Source of the DNA: Naegleria gruberi
Lineage: Eukaryota
NCBI GenBank assembly: GCA_000004985.1
Contig: GG738934.1
Length of the DNA stretch: 64,000 nucleotides
Direction: 5' to 3' (one strand)
The translations under genes were made by a program, and so were the position numbers. Below the pieces are notes generated by a model. The model worked only from the letters and a program-made list of their open reading frames with translations. It ran no database searches and was not told where the DNA came from. How positions within the stretch are numbered: position 1 is the stretch's first letter; the number at the start of each line of letters is the position of its first letter. Shown here in pieces: positions 11,966 through 22,010 of this stretch.

Positions 11966-14752
11966 ATGACAATTCAAGCACCTCCTCTTCCTCCCAACAA
12001 ACCAACAACCTACAATAATAATCAAACAACAACACCATCAACAACACCAACTCCATCTTTAACACCATCAACACCAACAAATAATACACCACCTCCACCA
12101 CCTCGTCCAAAATTAGCAAATTTATTTTCACGATTGGCAACTGACAATAATTTTACATTTCATCATCTTCATCTGACAAGAGACGATTTGCAACTTGCTG
12201 AACATTTAAAAAAATTGAATTTATCATCAATTCAACATATTTTGCAATTTTATGATTTTTCTGTTCATCGATTTGTTGTCTTGCCAGTAACTTGTCACTT
12301 GCCAATTAATCAATTAATTGGACATCCAGTGTATAAGCATCATTCTCTTTCACATTTAGCTGCTGGTATTGAACCTTTCCAAAATGGTGGACAATTGTTA
12401 GATCACTATTTAGTATATCCAAATAAGCAAATTCCTGATCCACTTCTGTCATGTGCCAAAAAGAATGAACAAGGATTGTTTACTATTGAATCTATTTATC
12501 AAGCTGAGAGTTCAAGAGAGAAAGGTCAATTTGAATACCTTTTTGAAAAATCAAACAATGATAATACTTGTCATCTCATGTCCACAAAACAAATTCATCA
12601 AAAATTGGTCAATTTGATTAATATTGATTGTCCTTTTGATTATCAAATGAGATTATCAAAAGAACAAGGAATTGTTAATAGATTGAATATTTATGGAAAA
12701 GCTCTGAAAGCTACTTTGGATGCCATTCAATCTAGAAAACCAGCAAATAACTCTAAACCAAGTACTCCAACAAGTGGTGCAAGTAACAGTACCAGCTCAT
12801 TGGGAAGAAGTGGATCATTGAGTGGTAATTTGGGTGTCTTTGTTCAATCCAAATCTAGTTCAAATTTGAAGGAGAGTCGAATGGATAGTCCAAGAACTCC
12901 AACGACTCAACCTGCATCTCCATCGGTTCTTCTTCCAACTGGTGGACCTAAAGATGCCGAATATTATGATGAATATTATGCCATGACTCAAAAGATGAGA
13001 GATTCAGATTTCCTTTCGGATTTGGATATTAATTCATTTGAAGAGGTGGAGCAATTCTTTAACATTTTGAAAAAGCAAATTTTCACAATGGCTCTTGTTA
13101 AGAGTTTGTATGGAGCCAAGAAGAGAGTTGCCAATAGTGGTGCAGTTCCAACTCAATCCACCTTGAAGAACGATAAAAAGTCATCCAATAATGAATCTGA
13201 GAGAGAGGTTGGATTGTTATTCTCCTCACTTTCATTCTCTACCACTTCACATACTCTGGAACAACATTTGGTCAATGACTTGTTGAAGAATATTCCACAC
13301 TTGGCTTCAATTTCGAGAGGAACAACTGGATCAGTTTCTGAACAACTTGCCCGTGAATCATTCTTTATGAATGTTGAATATTTCAATGGATGTTCCATTG
13401 ATCACAAATTACTTCCAGTTTCAATTAGAGAAGGTAAATTCTCAGGCGATTTGAAATGGAAGAAGGTTGACTATTTCGATAACTTTAACAATGAAACATG
13501 CAACCTCTTAGCCACAAAATGCAAAGGTCTCACTAGCTTGAACGTTTCAGGAACTGTATTTTTAGACACCAAGGTTGTTAAGGATTTAAACCTTTCTCAA
13601 ATTGCCCCTTCTAGAATTTTCAATGAAATTGGACTTGGCACACTTGCATATGGTTGCCAATCATTGAGCTCAATCGAAATTAGAATGGGCAAATGGGATC
13701 CCAAGGGAACCAATCAACTCTTACAAGTATTACCACGCTTGACCAAGTTGAACGTTCCTGGTGTGAATATGGATGAATCCACTTTCCAGGCAATCTCCGA
13801 CAATAGAACTTTGAAACATTTGACTATCAATAATTGTGAAGCTTGCAATGATCAAAATTTGAAATATCTCTACAATCATCCAACCATTGCTCAATTGGTC
13901 ATTCAAAATTGTACAGGGGTTCAAAATGGAATTTTAGGATTAGTTGAAGCCAACTCACCATCTTTGGTTCATTTGGAATTGGTCAATTTGCACAATTTAA
14001 CTGATGGCTATTTGGATGTTTCCAAGAATAGTCACATCAAGACTTTGAAAGTCAATCATTGCAGAACTTTGACTACTCAAAATATTCTCTCCTTGTCCAA
14101 ATCTCAAAGTGCCATTACCAATTTAATGATCAGAGGTACAACCGATAGCATTGTCCTCTCACCAATTGGAAACCTAGCCAATCAATTGCAAATTCTCGAT
14201 TTATCCAAAACTTCATTCCCTTACACTCAAATCTTGAAATCTGAAGGACCAGTAACTGCATTCCAACCTGTTTACTATCCAGTAACTCCTGTTGCCTCTG
14301 AAGATTACAAACAAATCATTCAATCATGCAGACAATTAAGAGTTCTCATTCTCGATTGCAATCACAATGTCAATGATAATATTATTTACCTCCTCTCAGA
14401 TCAAACTCATCCACATTTGGAAAGATTATCTTTGGAAAAGACTAGTGTTACTCAAAAAGGTATCAACCACATCTATTCACACTTTTCATCTCAATCTTCT
14501 AATTTAACTGCTTTGAATTTGAGAACTAGAACTTCAGGTGAATTGAACATGATTGACAATTTACCAAATATTCCAAAATTGAAAGAAGTTCATTTAGGAT
14601 TGATTCGTACACATTCCATATCCATGCACTATGTGAAAAAATTGTCATTATGTAAGGCATTGGATACTGTTTATGTGGAATTTGATTCTCTTGAAGCTAA
14701 GCATAAACTTGTGGAAAATAACAAGTTGAAGAATATTCACTTTGAAATTTAA
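11966..14752 (+). CDS. Leucine-rich-repeat protein with a Pro/Thr/Asn-rich N-terminal low-complexity region. Hypothetical.
   Basis: 928-aa ORF. N-terminus TPSTTPTPSLTPSTPTNNTPPPPPRP. Many LxxLxLxxN-type repeats (LTSLNVSG, LTKLNVPG, LKHLTINNC, LVHLELVNLHNLTD, LKTLKVNHC). Confidence 0.8.
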   Translation: MTIQAPPLPPNKPTTYNNNQTTTPSTTPTPSLTPSTPTNNTPPPPPRPKLANLFSRLATDNNFTFHHLHLTRDDLQLAEHLKKLNLSSIQHILQFYDFSVHRFVVLPVTCHLPINQLIGHPVYKHHSLSHLAAGIEPFQNGGQLLDHYLVYPNKQIPDPLLSCAKKNEQGLFTIESIYQAESSREKGQFEYLFEKSNNDNTCHLMSTKQIHQKLVNLINIDCPFDYQMRLSKEQGIVNRLNIYGKALKATLDAIQSRKPANNSKPSTPTSGASNSTSSLGRSGSLSGNLGVFVQSKSSSNLKESRMDSPRTPTTQPASPSVLLPTGGPKDAEYYDEYYAMTQKMRDSDFLSDLDINSFEEVEQFFNILKKQIFTMALVKSLYGAKKRVANSGAVPTQSTLKNDKKSSNNESEREVGLLFSSLSFSTTSHTLEQHLVNDLLKNIPHLASISRGTTGSVSEQLARESFFMNVEYFNGCSIDHKLLPVSIREGKFSGDLKWKKVDYFDNFNNETCNLLATKCKGLTSLNVSGTVFLDTKVVKDLNLSQIAPSRIFNEIGLGTLAYGCQSLSSIEIRMGKWDPKGTNQLLQVLPRLTKLNVPGVNMDESTFQAISDNRTLKHLTINNCEACNDQNLKYLYNHPTIAQLVIQNCTGVQNGILGLVEANSPSLVHLELVNLHNLTDGYLDVSKNSHIKTLKVNHCRTLTTQNILSLSKSQSAITNLMIRGTTDSIVLSPIGNLANQLQILDLSKTSFPYTQILKSEGPVTAFQPVYYPVTPVASEDYKQIIQSCRQLRVLILDCNHNVNDNIIYLLSDQTHPHLERLSLEKTSVTQKGINHIYSHFSSQSSNLTALNLRTRTSGELNMIDNLPNIPKLKEVHLGLIRTHSISMHYVKKLSLCKALDTVYVEFDSLEAKHKLVENNKLKNIHFEI

Positions 14753-14927
14753 ATGTAATTTTATATAATAAACTCAAGTTTCGTAAACTGCAAAGTGAAA
14801 CGAAACATGATAACTTGTTTATTTATTTGAGAAATATTCCATGAAAAACTTATTAAATTCCTTGTAATCCATTTCCATCACTCCATGGCTCGATCAAATT
14901 CCTTAAATGTATGTTGGTATAGCTTGT

Positions 14928-16067
14928 TCATTTCTTTCGAATATTACTTTCTAACATTTCCTTAAGTCTATTTGCATCTTTTGAAGAGTGAACTGTATCT
15001 TTAAGACACATGACTTGAACTACATGACAATAACTGCTCAATTGTTCCAATAACTCATTGTGTCTCTCCGTGAGCTCTTCATTATCATTTTCCTGCTTCA
15101 TGGCTATGGTCATGTCCATCAGACAATCCACACTATTCTTCAAATCAGTTGGAAGCAAATATCCAAACACTTCTTCATCCGTTGGATTTCTGTTATATGC
15201 CTTTTTTAGCATCCATTTGTTTGAGCTCTTTCCAACGAATAGTTTCAACATTCCTTTGGACACAGATTGGATTATTGAATAATTTAACAAATTTGGTAAA
15301 GTTTGGACATAGTACATTCCTGACACGAATACCAGATTAGTAATTTTGAAAAATCGTTCGAATTTTGACGAATCTTTGGAGAGATAATGTAAGGAAAAGC
15401 GTGTCCACTCTGGATCCTCCTGGTTGACCAACCAAATCAATTCTGGTGAATAGACACAGCTCATTGAATGAGACATGATAAAGCATGAAATTTCACAATC
15501 TTGTTTCGAATAAGTTTCCAACTCCAGTAGTGTCCTTCTCATAACCTGCAAACCCCAAAAAGCTCTATTCCATCTTGTGTGTTTCAATCCAATTTCCCTT
15601 GAACTGTATCCAAATCCAGGTAAATCTATGGCCACAACCAAATCAAATTTGGAAATTAATTCCTCCGCATTCATCCTCCAAGAAAAAGTATTCCCGCCAA
15701 AACCATGCAGTAAATACAAGACTTTGGCTGTTGAATTATTTGAATTTTTCCACATCCGATAATGAATCACAACTTGTTTGACCTTATCTTCAATAAATTT
15801 CGTGGACAAATTCAATTCAGAATCAACGATCATGAAATGACTATTCAGGTAAGGTTTTGGCCATGATTGTGAGTCGAAATTCTCAGAATTTTCTTTGATT
15901 AATAATTGTTCTAATAATTTCCAATCCGATGTTGCCATCACCTCCATCGTGTGTCCATTTATCTCATCAGGAAATAAACAAGATGAGTCGTGGGAGCTGT
16001 TTTCAACTTGTTGCATTTTTTTTAAAGTTTGTTTTCGCATGAATTGCGGACTTGACGTAAATTTCAA
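14928..16067 (-). CDS. Alpha/beta-hydrolase-fold protein, tandem paralog A.
   Basis: ..VLYLLHGFGGNTFSWRMNAEELISKFDLVVAIDLPGFGYSSR.. (oxyanion-hole/HG motif and lid). Nucleophile-elbow region IMSHSMSC. About 45 percent identical by eye to the upstream neighbour. Confidence 0.8.
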   Translation of the reverse strand: MKFTSSPQFMRKQTLKKMQQVENSSHDSSCLFPDEINGHTMEVMATSDWKLLEQLLIKENSENFDSQSWPKPYLNSHFMIVDSELNLSTKFIEDKVKQVVIHYRMWKNSNNSTAKVLYLLHGFGGNTFSWRMNAEELISKFDLVVAIDLPGFGYSSREIGLKHTRWNRAFWGLQVMRRTLLELETYSKQDCEISCFIMSHSMSCVYSPELIWLVNQEDPEWTRFSLHYLSKDSSKFERFFKITNLVFVSGMYYVQTLPNLLNYSIIQSVSKGMLKLFVGKSSNKWMLKKAYNRNPTDEEVFGYLLPTDLKNSVDCLMDMTIAMKQENDNEELTERHNELLEQLSSYCHVVQVMCLKDTVHSSKDANRLKEMLESNIRKK

Positions 16068-16230
16068 TACTTGAAGTTTTTAATAATTAAAATAATTAAA
16101 GAACTGCGAATCTTCAATTGGAATATTTCAATCTTTCAAGTTCTTTAATATTTATCAGTTTAAATGTTAAATATTAATATCATTTTTGTAAAATATTGTA
16201 ATGTATTGTATTTATTGAATTTTGAAATTA

Positions 16231-17400
16231 TTATTGCAATTCATTGGAGATGAAATTGTTAAAATCATCGATTTCTGTTTCCATCAAGCAATGACTTGCA
16301 TTTTCAAATAATTTGTAAACAAATTTTCCATTTTTAGAACTTTCTTGACTTTCCAAAATTGTCTTGAATTTCAAAGCTTCTTCCATTGAGTGAACATTAT
16401 CCAATTTTGCAACTATTTGAGTCACTCTACACCATTTAGTCAACTGATTCAAAATTTCCAAATGTTTCTCCATTGAAAATTGTTCATCATCTGCTTTAAA
16501 TGAAATTAAAATGTCAACAAAACAGTCAATTGAGTTTTGAATGCCAATAGGAATGGTATAGCTCAATAACTCTTCATTTGTTGGATTTCTATTGAAAGAA
16601 CTCTTTAGAATGAAACTCATGGCTGTTTTTCCCATAATCATTCGAAGTGTCATTCTAGTTATAGATTGGACAACTGAATAGCTCAACATTTCTGACAGAT
16701 TTGATTGGAAATAAGTTCCTGAAGCCATTATTAGATGGTCAATTTGAAAAAATCGTTTAGAATTAGAATCAGTTAAATAATTTTCAAAGTTTGTCCATTC
16801 CTTCTGATTGACCATCCAAATTAGGCATGGACAAAACAAGCAACTCATGGAGTGCGAGAAAATTGTCCACAAAATTTGAGTTTCGGCCACAAGAATTGAT
16901 TTGGAAATTTGATTCATGAGTTGAATGCACCAAAATGCTCGATTCCATCTAGAATGTGAAAGTCCGATGGTTCTGGAGCTAAAACCAAATCCAGGCAAAT
17001 CCATGGCCACAACCATTTCGTATTTCTCCAAGAGTGAATCGATGCAATGTCTCCATCCTGCAGTACTTGAGCCAACTCCATGGACAAGCAACACCACACG
17101 TGGATTCGTCTCTGTATTTCTATCTGATTTCCATATTCTATAGTGAAGAATAATCTTTTTCAAAGAGGAAGTCGAAACCATTCCATTCACATAATCCAAA
17201 TCAGAATCGACCCATAAAAACCTGCTGTTACTAAATGGTTTCACATAATTTTCCTCTTCCACCACTTCTGCATTGTACGGAGTGATGAGTTGTTTGTTTA
17301 ATTGTTGCCATTCGGTTGTGTTTTTGGCTTCCTCTTCATATCCGTGAATAAAGAGCGATTCCATTGTCTTGTTGTTTTTTTCTATTGTGAAAACATGCAT
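16231..17400 (-). CDS. Alpha/beta-hydrolase-fold protein, tandem paralog B.
   Basis: ..VVLLVHGVGSSTAGWRHCIDSLLEKYEMVVAMDLPGFGFSSR..; FSHSMSCLF. Collinear with paralog A along the whole length. Confidence 0.8.
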   Translation of the reverse strand: MHVFTIEKNNKTMESLFIHGYEEEAKNTTEWQQLNKQLITPYNAEVVEEENYVKPFSNSRFLWVDSDLDYVNGMVSTSSLKKIILHYRIWKSDRNTETNPRVVLLVHGVGSSTAGWRHCIDSLLEKYEMVVAMDLPGFGFSSRTIGLSHSRWNRAFWCIQLMNQISKSILVAETQILWTIFSHSMSCLFCPCLIWMVNQKEWTNFENYLTDSNSKRFFQIDHLIMASGTYFQSNLSEMLSYSVVQSITRMTLRMIMGKTAMSFILKSSFNRNPTNEELLSYTIPIGIQNSIDCFVDILISFKADDEQFSMEKHLEILNQLTKWCRVTQIVAKLDNVHSMEEALKFKTILESQESSKNGKFVYKLFENASHCLMETEIDDFNNFISNELQ

Positions 17401-17750
17401 TTCTAGTTGACAGATTCGATATTTTCACACACTGGAAAGATCTCGAGAGTTTTATGGTAAGATAAATCATCTATGTCTGCATTAGAATATTTATCACACA
17501 ATAATTTATTTTGTTTCTGCTCCAGCACGGTAAAAGACGTCCAGTAGACACTTTCATCCTAGTCTACACTTGATTTGTAATTTATCGTTCAGAGTTTTCA
17601 AGATAATACTCTATCAATATGAGGAAAATTAAACTCTTGAATATTGAGTATTATTATCCAGTTATTTCAATACCATTGTTGAAGCAGAAAACAAAATGTT
17701 CAGAGACAACAGAAACTTTCTGTTGCGATCTGCTTGTTCCAGTCAAGGAA

Positions 17751-20408
17751 TTACTTTTTAACTTTCATTCTTTCCTTGGCCTTCATCTTGGTCAACTTTT
17801 TAACCATTTCAAAGTGTCTGGTTCTGGCTTCTCCTTTGATTTCAGAGGATAAGTTTTCAAATCCATCACGCTTAGAAATTTCTTCAAAGTTTTGGCTGAT
17901 ACATTTGATGCAGTTGTTCTTGAGAGCCAAGTCATTGTAAACATCGACCAAGAAGGATAATTCCAAAACATTATCAACAGTAATATGTTGGATGACAATA
18001 GTTCTACAATAGTTGGCCAACTCGTTCAATTGGAAGAGAAGTGAACAGATGAATACTTCTACAGCATGTTCAATAGAAACAATAATCTCATTAGTGTACA
18101 AATATTTGAGGACACTCAAGAGACCATTAAGACTGATTTCATCAAACTTGATAACACCTGTGGTTGTTTCTTCCATTCCAGAGCTGAAAACTGTTGAGAT
18201 GTAATTGGATCTACAGATGAATAATTTGTGAGCTCTCAATTCATTAAGCAACTCTCCAGTATGTGGATCTAATAATTGAATGGTAACATCTGCATAATTA
18301 TTCTCAGCACATGGCTCTCTGATAAAATTGTCCATAGTATCTTCAATATTTTGATACAATGCAGAGCAATCGTGCTTGAGTTGGTTCAAAACAGCAGTAG
18401 AGCTATCCAAGTAGAGTCTCTTTTGGTCGCAAACGGAGAGAATAATTCCATAACGATCAATATCCAACTTGGAAATGTTCAATAATTCTTGCAAACATTC
18501 AGTATTGACAGTATCAGGAATAATAATATCACCAGTATACAAGAATCTAATGAAAATATTCATGGTATCCAAGTGATAGTCATTGAGTTCAAAGATAGAC
18601 TTTCCATCAACCATATCTACATCATTGAGACCGACCAACAAGTCCTTGAAATAGGTAGATCTGGATGAAACCAAACACTTGTGGACATAGATGTATTCAG
18701 TTTCACCACTGGTTCTTTCAGCAACTTTCAAAATAAGGTCATATCCACTGAGATCACCATTAGCTTGTTTTTCAAATTCATTCTTAAGATAAATGTAAGA
18801 ACTATTTTCCACACCAATATCAGAACATTCCTTGAGGACAACAACTTCTTTGCAATAACTTCTCTTGGCATAATCTGTCATACCTCCAATCATGTACAAT
18901 TGACCTTGATCGTAGAGTGTAGTATGATCAGCTCTTGGTAATTGCAAGTCTCTTGGAGTAGTAATTCCATTTCCGTACAAGACATACTCTGATGGACCTC
19001 CTGGATTGATGACTGCAAATTCATTATTCTTTACATCAAATCTGTAAATGACATCACTGATAGTATTGCCACGCAAAATACCACCAGTAAGGTAAATGTA
19101 TTGGTCAATGCAATTACAAAGGGAGTGATTTCTCATTGGTGGTGGAATAAAGGTCAAGTCAATTTCATTCCATTTCTTACTGACAATGTCATATCTGTGA
19201 AGATCATTCAACAAGTTGTCCTTTTGGGTATAATTACCACCAAAGATGAAAATAGAATTACCAACAGTACACTGAGCATGATTTTCTCTTGGTAAAGGGA
19301 TGGCCTTTGGATTGGCAATATTTGCCAAATCTCTAGTCATGCTGAATTCAATAACTCCATTTTGAACTTTACTCCAGAAGGTTCTTCTCACCATATTATA
19401 TTCAACAAATTGATTTGTTAAAACTCCATTAACATCACGGCCACCAAAAGACCAGAACTTAGGTTCATTATTGGATTTCGAAAGAGAATGACCTGTTGTT
19501 TCTCTAACTGCCTTGGTTATTGTTTCAACTGAGACATTCATCCAAACAGGAATTGGTGGATTACTCTTATCAATCTTATTGGCAGGTGTTGGTTTAATCA
19601 ATTCCAAGTAATTCTTCAAAGCCATACAAGTATGCTTGAAATCATACCAAATCAAATATTCTCCCAAAATAAGGATGATGTGGCCTTCTATTGCAGGAGG
19701 GAATAACATATCGGTAAGGTTTTGTTTTCTATAATAATTAAACATATTTTCCTTCATGTCAACCCACTTTTTCTCCTTCACTTCATAACAAACTAATTGT
19801 GAATAAATTCTTCCTGATTTACCACCTCCTGATAAAAAGACAAGACTGCCATGAGCAGATCCAGCCATCTTACCAAGGGAAAGATCAACACTTTGTTTGA
19901 TAACTTTTTGTTCAAATACTTTGAATTTTCTTCGTTGTTGAGCATCTTCATCGTCGGAATTGTCTACTGCAACACTATTAGTCACTTCAAAACGAGAGGT
20001 ATCAACTTTATCGTAGTGCAATTTGTGGCTTTCAATATCCTTCATAGTAAACTTCATCTGATTCAATTTTCTATTCTCCAATTTACTATAAACAGAGTCC
20101 CAATTCACGTTTTCCTTGCTCTTCTTTTCTTCAACTTGTACAATGATAATTCTATTGGCATCATCTTGTTCCTTCTTCTTCTTATTCTTTGGAACAATTC
20201 TCTTCTGTTCACCAGTAGAAACCATCGAGTGTGATTTAAAGTGATCAACCAAATCATCCACTCCGTCCACTTCATCTTCTTCTTCATCAGACTCTTCTCT
20301 GCCATATAATTTTAAACGTTGTTCCTCGATGGACCATTCATTCTCTTCTTCATTATACTCGTCATCATCATCCGAACAATAATCAAGTTCTGCCAAGTAT
20401 CTGCTCAT
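17751..20408 (-). CDS. LZTR1-like protein: acidic N-terminus, about 5-6 Kelch repeats, then two BTB domains.
   Basis: Kelch blades: LSGGGKSGRIY, SFGGRDVNGV, IFGGNYTQKDNLLNDLHRYD..KKW, LTGGILRGNTISDVIYRFD, MIGGMTDYAKRSY. BTB-like blocks follow: DLSGYDLILKVAERTSGETEYIYVHKCLVSSRSTYFKDLL and ADVTIQLLDPHTGELLNELRAHKLFICRSNYISTVF. Domain order matches LZTR1. Confidence 0.8.
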   Translation of the reverse strand: MSRYLAELDYCSDDDDEYNEEENEWSIEEQRLKLYGREESDEEEDEVDGVDDLVDHFKSHSMVSTGEQKRIVPKNKKKKEQDDANRIIIVQVEEKKSKENVNWDSVYSKLENRKLNQMKFTMKDIESHKLHYDKVDTSRFEVTNSVAVDNSDDEDAQQRRKFKVFEQKVIKQSVDLSLGKMAGSAHGSLVFLSGGGKSGRIYSQLVCYEVKEKKWVDMKENMFNYYRKQNLTDMLFPPAIEGHIILILGEYLIWYDFKHTCMALKNYLELIKPTPANKIDKSNPPIPVWMNVSVETITKAVRETTGHSLSKSNNEPKFWSFGGRDVNGVLTNQFVEYNMVRRTFWSKVQNGVIEFSMTRDLANIANPKAIPLPRENHAQCTVGNSIFIFGGNYTQKDNLLNDLHRYDIVSKKWNEIDLTFIPPPMRNHSLCNCIDQYIYLTGGILRGNTISDVIYRFDVKNNEFAVINPGGPSEYVLYGNGITTPRDLQLPRADHTTLYDQGQLYMIGGMTDYAKRSYCKEVVVLKECSDIGVENSSYIYLKNEFEKQANGDLSGYDLILKVAERTSGETEYIYVHKCLVSSRSTYFKDLLVGLNDVDMVDGKSIFELNDYHLDTMNIFIRFLYTGDIIIPDTVNTECLQELLNISKLDIDRYGIILSVCDQKRLYLDSSTAVLNQLKHDCSALYQNIEDTMDNFIREPCAENNYADVTIQLLDPHTGELLNELRAHKLFICRSNYISTVFSSGMEETTTGVIKFDEISLNGLLSVLKYLYTNEIIVSIEHAVEVFICSLLFQLNELANYCRTIVIQHITVDNVLELSFLVDVYNDLALKNNCIKCISQNFEEISKRDGFENLSSEIKGEARTRHFEMVKKLTKMKAKERMKVKK

Positions 20409-20582
20409 TTTGATGATGAACTTTTTTTTTAATTCTAAAAATACAATTTGTGATTATGAAAATAAGAGAAGAACATTTGGCAAAGGTGTGAAAATGAAGT
20501 TTTGAAATTGAAGTCTCTTGAAGAACATTGTAAATCAATGTTTACAAAGAGAACTATTTAGAACTCTGCGTGTGAAATGTTA

Positions 20583-21971
20583 TTAAGGTTGTTGGGATGG
20601 AAAGTGGAATGCAATATCATGGAAATGAGAGTCGAATAATCTTGAATGAAGAAATGTGTAGCAAGTTGAATAATACTTGTCATTTGTGATATCTGTCACA
20701 ATTCCATATCCAATGACTCGATTTAGGAAGAGGGTAATTCTACTCATTTCTGGAACATCATCAAACTTTTCTAAGGTAAATGCTGGTTCGTTATCTTTGA
20801 ACTTAAATGTTGCATAGATATATTGTTGATTGTGTAATGGTTTGGATTTTGAAATTAACTCAACATGTGCCTTAAATCCAAAAAAGAAAACCATTAGTTC
20901 CTTGATAAAATGATTAAACTTCATGTTACAAACTGGTCCACTTAATTTTACAGTAAAGTAGGATGTGCATGGTTTGCAGATTGTTTCTGAACGATTGAAA
21001 AAGGTCATTGGACCATAGTAGTCGTCATAATTTATCAGTGCCCAACCTCTGAATAAATTACAGGCCAATAACTCACCAGCGACTGATACTGTGAGACTGT
21101 CATAGAAAGACATTAGAGATTGCCCTTGAGATGTACATTGAAATGTTTTTCGAAGCGTAGATTGACAAATCTCAAACTCTTCGGTATTCCTAACCATTCC
21201 AGAAATTACCTTTCCAGCACAAATTCTTCCTAGACCATACATACTATAAGTATCAAAATGTATCATTCGAAAAGGAGCAGTATGGTCATATGGATATGGT
21301 TTCAATTCTCTTAAACACGAAAGAAAGGTATCATACTGTTCAAATGGACTTCCGAAAGGACGAACAATGTTTTTTTCATTCATTAAAGACATTGGAATAA
21401 TTTTCAATGTTGTCTTTCTGAAAGTTTGCATTTGTTTGAATGATTTTTCAATATAAATTCGCACAAAATCAAATAATTCCAAAGAGTTATCAACAAGGTC
21501 CATCTTGTTAATGACAATAATTAAATCTTTCACAACTGAAGAAGTGGAAAATATTCCCAATAACATTTTTCCAATAATTTCATCTGCCACTTGTTGCCTA
21601 TTAGATACCATAAATTTTGAAATGTCTATCATGAATACAACTCCATCACAAAAGGATACACCTTTTATCCAACCTCTGCATACTGCTCCTCTTGTTGGTA
21701 TCATATCAAATAAATTAAATATTAGATTTTCATTCCAATAAACATGTACTGTTGGTGATAATCTGTAAAAAGGATCATAATTATGAGTAGTGGAAGAAGT
21801 TATTTCTGTTATAGCCTTTGCAGAAAGATGACTCAGACTGATATCATTGATAGTGATAGATTTGGGATCGGAAATATATTTTCCGAACAACATTCTCCTA
21901 ACTAGTGACGTTTTACCACTTGCGTGATCACCAACAAATCCGAGAGTGTACTGTGGTTTTCGTCCATCCAT
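20583..21971 (-). CDS. Divergent EF-Tu/eEF1A-superfamily GTP-binding protein with three domains.
   Basis: G1 GDHASGKTS (canonical GHVDHGKST), G4 VINKMDL, then beta-barrel domain-2-like ..GRICAGKVISGMV... The G3 DxxG motif is not recognisable. Confidence 0.7.
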   Translation of the reverse strand: MDGRKPQYTLGFVGDHASGKTSLVRRMLFGKYISDPKSITINDISLSHLSAKAITEITSSTTHNYDPFYRLSPTVHVYWNENLIFNLFDMIPTRGAVCRGWIKGVSFCDGVVFMIDISKFMVSNRQQVADEIIGKMLLGIFSTSSVVKDLIIVINKMDLVDNSLELFDFVRIYIEKSFKQMQTFRKTTLKIIPMSLMNEKNIVRPFGSPFEQYDTFLSCLRELKPYPYDHTAPFRMIHFDTYSMYGLGRICAGKVISGMVRNTEEFEICQSTLRKTFQCTSQGQSLMSFYDSLTVSVAGELLACNLFRGWALINYDDYYGPMTFFNRSETICKPCTSYFTVKLSGPVCNMKFNHFIKELMVFFFGFKAHVELISKSKPLHNQQYIYATFKFKDNEPAFTLEKFDDVPEMSRITLFLNRVIGYGIVTDITNDKYYSTCYTFLHSRLFDSHFHDIAFHFPSQQP

Positions 21972-22010
21972 TTTTTTATCTTCTAAAATACAGGTAATGA
22001 ACTTTGTGGT

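Noticed and set aside
15577-17143. Antisense ORFs inside both alpha/beta-hydrolase genes encoding a shared ..PNPGKSMATT.. peptide (15577..15762, 16925..17143)
   Set aside because: The similarity is the mirror image of the conserved sense-strand region of the two paralogs. There is no independent start, stop or codon-usage support.
17751-20408. Calling the Kelch gene an actin-fragmin-kinase-type Kelch protein
   Set aside because: There is no kinase domain. Kelch repeats followed by two BTB domains fit an LZTR1-like architecture instead.
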